DNA from: Candidatus Velamenicoccus archaeovorus
GTDB lineage: Bacteria; Omnitrophota; Gorgyraeia; Velamenicoccales; Velamenicoccaceae
Direction: 5' to 3'
Length of the DNA: 32,000 nucleotides
NCBI RefSeq assembly: GCF_004102945.1
Contig: NZ_CP019384.1
Location: 390,001-422,000, forward strand
In this document: piece by piece, positions 22,773 to 30,035 of the stretch
Position numbering within the stretch: the first letter of the stretch is position 1
Layout of the letters: every line of letters starts with the position of its first letter
The notes under the pieces: model-generated
Told to the model about the DNA's origin: nothing
Database searches by the model: none
Seen by the model: the letters and a program-made list of their open reading frames with translations, nothing else
Program-made: the position numbers and the translations under genes

Positions 22773-23531
22773 GTGAAGCTTCACGTCGTGGCCGCTCTCA
22801 AGAAAACAGATGCTAATCGGGCAAAGGAACGCCAGAAGGCCATCTCCAAAAAAGTCGGCCGGGCGATCGCCGATTACGGCATGATTGAGGACGGCGACAA
22901 GATTTTGGTGGGTGTTTCCGGCGGCAAGGACAGCCTGACGCTTTTGAAGATCCTTTGGGACAGGAGGGTATTTGTCCCGATCCATTATGATGTGTTGGCA
23001 TTGCATGTGGATCTGGGGTTTACCGGGACTAAACAGGAGGCTTTCCGGAGATATCTGGAGACAGAGGGATATCCTCTTGAGGTGCGCCGCCAGGCAGTTG
23101 CGGGCGAGGGAGGGCGGGAACCCTTGACATGTTTCTGGTGTTCTTGGAATCGGCGCCGCGTGCTCTTTGAAGAAGCTAAAAAGAACGGTTGCAACAAGAT
23201 CGCTCTGGGTCACCACAAGGATGATATCGTCGAGACGATCCTGATGAATCTTTTGTTTGAAGGCGAGATCAGCGCTATGGCGCCCAAGCAAGAGATGTTT
23301 AAGGGGGAGCTCCACATCATCCGGCCGCTCGCCTATGTCGAAGAACGCGAGATCAGCCGATTTGCGCGTCTGATGGAGTTTCCGGTCTGCGGCTGTCTGT
23401 GTCCCCAGGCCGGCCGGACGCAGCGCGCGGTTGTCAAGAAGATCATCGCGGATGTGCAGAAAACGGCGCCGGGGGTCAAGTCCAATATTTTTCGCAGTCT
23501 GCAGAGGATCAAAAAAGAATATCTTCTATAA
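22773..23531 (+). CDS. ttcA: tRNA 2-thiocytidine(32) synthetase TtcA-like PP-loop ATPase
   Basis: VGRAIADYGMIEDGDKILVGVSGGKDSLTLL carries the PP-loop SGGKDS. CFWCSWNRRR, ALGHHKDDIVET, IRPLAYVEE and CGCLC motifs are colinear with TtcA. The GTG start sits inside a palindrome. Confidence 0.85.
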   Translation: MKLHVVAALKKTDANRAKERQKAISKKVGRAIADYGMIEDGDKILVGVSGGKDSLTLLKILWDRRVFVPIHYDVLALHVDLGFTGTKQEAFRRYLETEGYPLEVRRQAVAGEGGREPLTCFWCSWNRRRVLFEEAKKNGCNKIALGHHKDDIVETILMNLLFEGEISAMAPKQEMFKGELHIIRPLAYVEEREISRFARLMEFPVCGCLCPQAGRTQRAVVKKIIADVQKTAPGVKSNIFRSLQRIKKEYLL

Positions 23532-23642
23532 CCCCGTTAGAGGCACTTTTTGTTTTTCAATAACGGGATGTGATTTGACATAGAGCTGTTGGTCTCACAA
23601 AGAGAGAGTTAGAGACCATGTCTTGATCTGTCTCTAGCGGGG
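23532..23642 (+). repeat. Structured intergenic element bounded by a CCCCGTTAGAG / CTCTAGCGGGG inverted repeat
   Basis: The outer arms at 23532-23543 and 23631-23642 match at 11 of 12 positions. The inner hairpins are CCCGTTA-N21-TAACGGG and TGGTCTC-N15-GAGACCA. Confidence 0.6.
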
Positions 23643-23647
23643 TAACG

Positions 23648-25840
23648 ATGCCATTAAGGATCAATAAGAGAAACGCCATCTATGTGTTCAAGAGGGTCTT
23701 GGCGGTTTTGTTCGTGGCCGTCATCTTTTTGAGCTTTTTCTTTTTGCCGTATTACCGGCCGGACCGTCAGCTCGTTTGGTCTTTTGTGTGGAACATCCAC
23801 GCCGAGATCGTCCCCTTCGTTGCCATCCTCCAGTTTATCTTCAGTTTTGCCCTCATATTTTTCTTTCTGTATCTTTTGCGCATGCGCCGCGCCCTGTACC
23901 GGGAAAAAGAAGATTTGGCCGCGGCCATCACGAATCTGGATGTCGGGTTCTGCCGCCAGACGCCCGGAGACCAAGGGGCGTTCTTGGAGGCCAATGACGG
24001 GTTTTTGAAGATGCTCGATCTGAGCGAGAAGGAGTTGTTTGTCTTCAAGCCGGTCGACATCCATATGTCGAAGGAGAGTTACGGGGAATTCTGCGAGCTT
24101 TTGAATCATCGCGGAACATTGATCAAAGAGCTCCAGCTCAAAAAGAAAAACGGCAGCGGTGTCTGGGCCGTTGTGTCGGCGAAGGCGGTCAGGAACGAAA
24201 GGGGCGAGCTCCGGTATTACGAATATATCACCATGGATGTCAGCGAACGCAAGTGGATGGAAGAAGAGATGAGCTCGGCCTACCTGCGTTTTGAGGCGGT
24301 GATCCAGAATACCCCGAATATTGCGATCCAGGGTTTTTCTCTCGACGGCAAGATCCTGGAATGGAACCACGCCTCCGAGCTCCTGTATGGTTATCTTAAG
24401 CACGAGATCCTGGGCAAACGGGGCGAGGATTTTATTCTCAGGGAATCGGACCGGATGGAATTCCAGCAGCTTTTTGAGACGATGAGGCAGACGGGACGGC
24501 CGACGCCGCCGCGGGAATGGAAGGCCCGGACCAAAAACAACAAGGAGATCACGGTCTACTCGTCGATGTTCCCGATCTTGCACAACGACAAGGTCATCGA
24601 GATCTACTGCATGGATGTGGATATTTCCGACCGCGTCGAGACGGAGAGCAGGCTCAATGAGATTAAAGACAAGCTTGAGAGCCTGGCCTTGAAGGACCCC
24701 CTGACGGAGATCTATAATTTCCGCTATTTCCGTGAACGTCTCGCCTCGGAGTTCGAGCGCGCCAAGAGGACATTGCAGCCTTTGACGATCGTCATGATGG
24801 ACCTGGATTATTTTAAGTCCATCAATGATACCTATGGCCATCAATACGGCGACCGCGTCTTGAAACAGGTCGCCAGGTTCCTGAAGGCGGAATTGCGCAC
24901 TAACGACGTGGTCTCGCGCTGGGGCGGCGAAGAGTTTGCCATTATTCTGCCGGATACCAATCGTATCGATGGTCTGGCGGTGACGAACAAGATCCTTGAG
25001 CTGTTTCGGACGCGCAGCTTTGGGGATGTTACGAACGTCATCAAGCTCAAGTGCAGCATGGGTATCGTCAGCTATCCGGAAGACCCTTTGTTTTCCGTTG
25101 AAGAATTGATCGACGCCGGCGAAGAGTGCATTTATCGTGTCAAGGAGCGCGGCGGCGACGGCGTGGCCCTCTACGGCCACGAGATCGGTGTGGCCGAGCA
25201 CAACCTGGACAAAATGCCGGAGGAGGACCGCAAACGCTTCATCGATTCCGTCAAGCAGCGTCTTTCGTTTTACGCCGTCCGCAGCGAACGCAGCATCCTG
25301 GAGGCGATTTATTCTTTGGCCAAGAGTATCGAGTTGCGGGATCGCCGGACAAAAGAGCATTGCGACCGCATGGTCGAATACGCCGAGAAGATCGCCCAGC
25401 GGATGGGCATGAACGAGCAGGAGGTGGACAATGTCCGCCGCGCCGCCATGCTGCATGATATCGGCAAGTTGGGTATTTCGGACGCCATATTGCTGAAACC
25501 GGGGAAGTTGACGCCCGAAGAATACGAAATCGTCAAGAAGCATCCGGTGATCGGCGCCGACATCATTTCCGTCGCCGGTTTCCTCAAAGACATCGTTCCC
25601 TATATCCTGTGCCACCACGAGCATTTTGACGGTAAGGGGTATCCCAGGGGGCTCAAGGGAGAAGAGATCCCCCTTGGCGCGCGCATCATCGCCGTCGTCG
25701 ATGTCTATGAAGCGCTGACTTCCGACCGTCCCTACCATAAGGCCATTTCCAAGGACGAGGCGATCAAAATCCTCAAAGAGGGCCTGAATACCCAGTTTGA
25801 CGCCCGGGTCGTGAAGGTGTTTTTGGAAATAGTCGAGTAG
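23648..25840 (+). CDS. Membrane-anchored PAS-PAS-GGDEF-HD-GYP protein (c-di-GMP synthesis and hydrolysis domains)
   Basis: Two N-terminal TM helices and two PAS-like regions. The GGDEF domain has RWGGEEF and an RTND I-site motif 5 residues upstream. The HD-GYP domain has HDIGK and HHEHFDGKGYPRGL. Confidence 0.9.
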   Translation: MPLRINKRNAIYVFKRVLAVLFVAVIFLSFFFLPYYRPDRQLVWSFVWNIHAEIVPFVAILQFIFSFALIFFFLYLLRMRRALYREKEDLAAAITNLDVGFCRQTPGDQGAFLEANDGFLKMLDLSEKELFVFKPVDIHMSKESYGEFCELLNHRGTLIKELQLKKKNGSGVWAVVSAKAVRNERGELRYYEYITMDVSERKWMEEEMSSAYLRFEAVIQNTPNIAIQGFSLDGKILEWNHASELLYGYLKHEILGKRGEDFILRESDRMEFQQLFETMRQTGRPTPPREWKARTKNNKEITVYSSMFPILHNDKVIEIYCMDVDISDRVETESRLNEIKDKLESLALKDPLTEIYNFRYFRERLASEFERAKRTLQPLTIVMMDLDYFKSINDTYGHQYGDRVLKQVARFLKAELRTNDVVSRWGGEEFAIILPDTNRIDGLAVTNKILELFRTRSFGDVTNVIKLKCSMGIVSYPEDPLFSVEELIDAGEECIYRVKERGGDGVALYGHEIGVAEHNLDKMPEEDRKRFIDSVKQRLSFYAVRSERSILEAIYSLAKSIELRDRRTKEHCDRMVEYAEKIAQRMGMNEQEVDNVRRAAMLHDIGKLGISDAILLKPGKLTPEEYEIVKKHPVIGADIISVAGFLKDIVPYILCHHEHFDGKGYPRGLKGEEIPLGARIIAVVDVYEALTSDRPYHKAISKDEAIKILKEGLNTQFDARVVKVFLEIVE

Positions 25841-26053
25841 TCAAATGACGGCATAGTTTAGGCACTTCCTTTATATGGTATAAGGAAGGCCTACCCTTTC
25901 TGGGTTAGCGAGCGAAGCGCCGCTAAGTTACCTGCCGGAATTTGACCCCCACACTAATTATCAAGGGTGTTAGCGGGGGAAGATTTTGTAATAGCGATAA
26001 AGTGATAATGGGTGCGGGGGTTTCATTCGCGGCCGGCCTGCCGGCCTATGACT

Positions 26054-26079
26054 TATGGAATTTGCAGAAGAATTCCATA
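26054..26079 (+). promoter_or_regulatory. Perfect 9-bp hairpin in the leader of the 1091-aa gene
   Basis: TATGGAATT-TGCAGAAG-AATTCCATA lies about 30 nt upstream of the GTG start at 26111 (AAGGAG SD at 26096-26101). Confidence 0.4.
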
Positions 26080-26110
26080 AATCATCCGTTCATGAAAGGA
26101 GTTCGAGACA

Positions 26111-29100
26111 GTGTCTGTAGCTTATCGTTTTCAGAAGACGGGCGATTTTGTCATTGAAGACTATAATCGCGCCAGGGCATGGTCGAGTTTTTTTCCGGGG
26201 ATCGCCGGCCTTTACGGCATCCCTTTGTGGGTCTTTTACGTCAATCGCGGCCAGTGTATCGCCTCCGCCGGCATCCGCACCAAGGACGAGGCCATGATGG
26301 AATATCTTCCCGCGAACAAGGCATATCAGTTGACGCCGACGCAGGGGTTCCGGACGTTCATCAAGGTGCGCCGAGGTAAAAAACAGATTTTTTATGAGCC
26401 GTTTTCCCCCGTTCATGCCGCAGGGGCGGCCGAAGGCATTTCTAACAGGCTCACTATCAGACCGTATGAACTGGAGCTGACGGAGGTCAATACCGTCCTT
26501 GGTCTCAAGACGGAGGTCCTTTATTTTTGTCTCCCCGGTGAACCTTATGCGGCCCTGGTGCGTTGCCTGACGGTGACAAATATATCGCCGCAGCCCCAAG
26601 GCCTTGTCGTCTTAGACGGTCTGGCCGCCCTCGTGCCTTACGGCGTCAATAATTTCTTTTTGAAAGAGATGAGCCGTACCATCGAGGCATGGATGACGGT
26701 CGAGAATATCGGCAGCGGCATCCCGCTGTATAAACTATCGACAGACCCTCGGGACACCGCCCAGGTGGCTTTTGTGAGGGGCGCGCATTTCTATATGGGG
26801 TTTGAGGAAGGCAAGACCTGCCGTTCCAACAAGGTCATCGCCGACCCGCAGGCGATCTTCGGTCAAGAGACGGATCTTATTCGTCCCTCGAGATTTGAAG
26901 AGTCTGCCGCGTTTGCCTATCCGGCCCGCCAGGCGGCAACCAATAAGATGGCCTGCGCTTTTTCTTTTCTGCGCTGGCATCTGAAGAAAGCGCAGTTCTC
27001 TTCGCATATGTCCTTGCTTGGGCACGTTTTCGACGTCGGCGACGTCAAAAAGTACGGCCTGGAAAAGATCGATGCTTCTTTCATCCGCGCCAAGCGCCGG
27101 GAGAACCGCATTCTCGTCGAGGACATCACCGACAGGATCTTTACCGCCAGCGGCAAGCCCGTGCTGGACCAGTATGCGCGCCAGACATATCTCGATAATG
27201 TCCTGAGGGGCGGCCTTCCGGTGACGCTCGGGTTGGATGGCAAGAAAAAAACGGTTTATGTTTTTTCGCGCAAACATGGTGATCTTGAACGCGATTACAA
27301 CAGGTTCGTGGTGACGGCCACATACTTCAGCGAAGGGGAAGGCAACTACCGGGACGTCAACCAGAACAGGCGCAGCGACGTGTTTTTCAATCCAGCGGTC
27401 GGCGACCAGAATGTCCGCGATTTTTTGAATCTCATTCAGCTCGACGGCTACAATCCCCTGATTTACAAGGGCAGGAGGCATGTTATCCATCCCGACGATT
27501 TTGTGGCCGGCGGGCTGGCGGATTGCTTCCATGAAAAAGACGCCAAAAAGCTGGCGCACATCCTCAGCAAGCCCTTCACCGTCGGAGAAGTCTTTCAGTA
27601 TTTGAGCGAGAACCGGATCCGCTCAACCTGCTCCCGGGATGAGCTTATCCGCCGCATCCTTTCTTTGTCGTCTTCCTGCGAGGAGGCCCTTTTCGGCGAA
27701 GGGTATTGGTCGGATCACTGGACGTACAACACGGACCTTTTGGAGAGTTTTTACGCGCTCTACCCGGAGCGGATGAACCATCTCCTTTTTGAAGACAGGA
27801 CTTTTACGTATTTCGATTCTCCGGCTTGCGTCAAACCCCGTTCGGAGCGTTACTGCGTCCAGCATGGAGAGGTGCGGCAGTTCCATGCCGTCTATGTCGA
27901 CGAAGAGAAGAACCAGCTTATCCAGAAGCGTCACGACCACAAAAACAAGGTCCGCACGCAAAACGGCGACGGTGAAGTCCTGAAAACCACGCTGATCGAT
28001 AAGCTCGTTTGCCTCATCACGAACAAGTTGGCGACCCTGGACCCTTATGGCGCCGGTGTCGAGATGGAGGCGGACAAGCCGAATTGGTATGATGCCCTCA
28101 ATGGTCTTCCAGCTCTCCTCGGGTCGTCGCTTTCCGAAACATTCGAGATCAAACGCCTGATCCTTTTTCTCAAGAGGATCTTTGAGGAGCTGCATATTCC
28201 CGACGGACAAACGGTTCAGCTCGTTGCGGAAGTCGGCGGTTTCATGGGGCAGATCAGGGATTTCCTGGAGAGCACGCTCTCCGATGAGGAATATTGGGAC
28301 GAGTCCCATGCGGCCCAGGAAAGCTATCGCGCCCGGGTGAGGCGCGGGGTCGCCGGCGATGCCCCCAAGATCGTCACCGTGGCCGAATTGAAGGCCTTTT
28401 TTGATCTGGCTTTGAGGAAGATCAATGCCGGCATTGCCAAAGGGTGCGATAAGGCCACAGGCCAGGTGAGGACGTATTTTTCCTACACGGCCCTTCATCA
28501 TGAGACCCATACGGATGCCGCCGGAAGGCATCGTGTGGTTGTGCGCGATTTTCGCCAGAGGCGTCTGCCCATGTTTCTGGAAGGTTATGTGCATGCCTTG
28601 CGTACGGAACACTTCAAATCTGCAGAGATCCACAGGGCCGTCAAAAAAAGCCCCCTCTGGGACAAAAAGCTCAGGATGTACAAGGTGAATGCGTCTCTTC
28701 AGAAAGAGAGCTATGAGATCGGCCGCGCCAGGGCCTTTACGCCGGGGTGGCTTGAGAACGAGTCTATCTGGCTTCACATGGAATATAAATATCTCCTGGA
28801 GCTTTTGAAGAATGGTTTGATAGAAGAATTTTATAAGAGCGCATCGGAAGTGCTGGTTTGTTTTCAGAGGCCGCAGCGTTACGGCCGCAGCATCTTGGAG
28901 AATTCGTCTTTCATGGCATCCAGCGCCCATGTCGATCCGTCCGTGCACGGCCAGGGATTCGTCGCGCGCCTCAGTGGCTCAACAGCCGAATTCATCCACA
29001 TGTGGCTTCTCGTGTCCATAGGCCAGAGGCCTTTTTTTGTGGATAACGCCGGAGAGCTTTCTTTGCGGATGGAACCCATGCTGTCCAGGGATTTGTTTAC

Positions 29101-29386
29101 CGCCAAGGTGCGGCAGGATACTTGTTGTGATATCGACGGACGGCGGCGCGATATCCAGACGCCTGTGTCGGCGTATACATTCCTCTTCCTTGGCCGTACG
29201 ATCGTCACATACCTTAACCCGAAAAAGAGGGATACGTTCGGCAAAAACGGTGTGCGTGTGGCCCGGATTAGGCTTTATGAGGGCGAAAAAGTCGTCCTTG
29301 AGACCGGGGGCTGTGTTGTGAGAGCTCCGTTTGCGGCCCAAGTGCGCGACGGCCGTATTTCCAAGATCGAGGCAGAATTAGGGTGA
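26111..29386 (+). CDS. Large (1091 aa) poorly characterised protein, possibly an (alpha/alpha)6-barrel glycoside phosphorylase or hydrolase-like enzyme (GH94/GH149/GH161-like)
   Basis: This is a long uninterrupted ORF with a good SD and no signal peptide. The N-terminal FVIEDY...FFPGIAGLYGIPLWVFYVNRGQ and central NYRDVNQNRRSD (RDxxQ-like) segments recall large glucan phosphorylase-type proteins. The functional call is tentative and made from memory of motif patterns only. Confidence 0.35.
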   Translation: MSVAYRFQKTGDFVIEDYNRARAWSSFFPGIAGLYGIPLWVFYVNRGQCIASAGIRTKDEAMMEYLPANKAYQLTPTQGFRTFIKVRRGKKQIFYEPFSPVHAAGAAEGISNRLTIRPYELELTEVNTVLGLKTEVLYFCLPGEPYAALVRCLTVTNISPQPQGLVVLDGLAALVPYGVNNFFLKEMSRTIEAWMTVENIGSGIPLYKLSTDPRDTAQVAFVRGAHFYMGFEEGKTCRSNKVIADPQAIFGQETDLIRPSRFEESAAFAYPARQAATNKMACAFSFLRWHLKKAQFSSHMSLLGHVFDVGDVKKYGLEKIDASFIRAKRRENRILVEDITDRIFTASGKPVLDQYARQTYLDNVLRGGLPVTLGLDGKKKTVYVFSRKHGDLERDYNRFVVTATYFSEGEGNYRDVNQNRRSDVFFNPAVGDQNVRDFLNLIQLDGYNPLIYKGRRHVIHPDDFVAGGLADCFHEKDAKKLAHILSKPFTVGEVFQYLSENRIRSTCSRDELIRRILSLSSSCEEALFGEGYWSDHWTYNTDLLESFYALYPERMNHLLFEDRTFTYFDSPACVKPRSERYCVQHGEVRQFHAVYVDEEKNQLIQKRHDHKNKVRTQNGDGEVLKTTLIDKLVCLITNKLATLDPYGAGVEMEADKPNWYDALNGLPALLGSSLSETFEIKRLILFLKRIFEELHIPDGQTVQLVAEVGGFMGQIRDFLESTLSDEEYWDESHAAQESYRARVRRGVAGDAPKIVTVAELKAFFDLALRKINAGIAKGCDKATGQVRTYFSYTALHHETHTDAAGRHRVVVRDFRQRRLPMFLEGYVHALRTEHFKSAEIHRAVKKSPLWDKKLRMYKVNASLQKESYEIGRARAFTPGWLENESIWLHMEYKYLLELLKNGLIEEFYKSASEVLVCFQRPQRYGRSILENSSFMASSAHVDPSVHGQGFVARLSGSTAEFIHMWLLVSIGQRPFFVDNAGELSLRMEPMLSRDLFTAKVRQDTCCDIDGRRRDIQTPVSAYTFLFLGRTIVTYLNPKKRDTFGKNGVRVARIRLYEGEKVVLETGGCVVRAPFAAQVRDGRISKIEAELG

Positions 29387-29483
29387 TTTTCTGACAAGAG
29401 AAAGCCTTAGCAGGCAACCTGCCTTGGCTTCAGTCTACAGCCAGAACCAAGGATAAGGCCAAAGGCAGGAATCAAAAGGTGGC

Positions 29484-30035
29484 ATGATGAGAAGAAGAGC
29501 TTTGGGATTGTTGTGCGGCGTGGCCCTGTTTGTGGCGGGATGCGCGACGGTATCGGAGACAGGCGATAGGTACCGGGCGGCTATCCAGGCCTTCCGGAAT
29601 GACCAGTCCTATTTTGCTTTCATGCACCTGAAGGCTATCGTCAAAGACGACCCGAATTCTCCTTATGCGCCAGCGGCTGCATTTGCCCTCGGGGAGTATT
29701 ATTTCGATAACGCGGATACGCTTAATGCCATCAAGACCCTTTCGGACTACGTGAGCCGCTATCCGAAGGACAAGGGGGTCGTCTTCGCCAAGCTTATCAT
29801 TTACAAGATCATCACCGGGATCAAAAAAGATGAGCGTTTGAGCGAAGAACAGGCGGCCTTGATCAAAGAGATCCGCAAAGAGCTTTTCTCTCAGCCGCTT
29901 TTTCTGATCTTTTACGACAGGAAGATCCCGCGTTCCTACAAGTCCATTTTCGATCACTCCTATCTTGTCTATGACTACGTCGACAAGATCAAGGTTTTCC
30001 GCGATGATAAAAACTTCCTCGAACTCTCGCCATAA
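29484..30035 (+). CDS. TPR-like outer-membrane lipoprotein (BamD/YbgF-like)
   Basis: The lipobox is LFVAGC. AIQAFRNDQSYFAFMHLKAIVKDDPNSPYAPAAAFALGEYYF...LSDYVSRYP resembles BamD/YfiO-type TPR repeats. Confidence 0.5.
   Translation: MMRRRALGLLCGVALFVAGCATVSETGDRYRAAIQAFRNDQSYFAFMHLKAIVKDDPNSPYAPAAAFALGEYYFDNADTLNAIKTLSDYVSRYPKDKGVVFAKLIIYKIITGIKKDERLSEEQAALIKEIRKELFSQPLFLIFYDRKIPRSYKSIFDHSYLVYDYVDKIKVFRDDKNFLELSP

Noticed and set aside
23654-25738. 694-aa minus-strand ORF
   Set aside because: It is an exact antisense shadow of the PAS-GGDEF-HD-GYP gene and has no domain signatures of its own.
25942-26157. 71-aa ORF in the leader of the 1091-aa gene
   Set aside because: It has a non-ATG start, no SD and an implausible sequence. 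It overlaps the hairpins and the real start region.
26735-28948. 274-aa and 441-aa minus-strand ORFs
   Set aside because: They are antisense to the uninterrupted 1091-aa plus-strand gene and have typical shadow-ORF composition.
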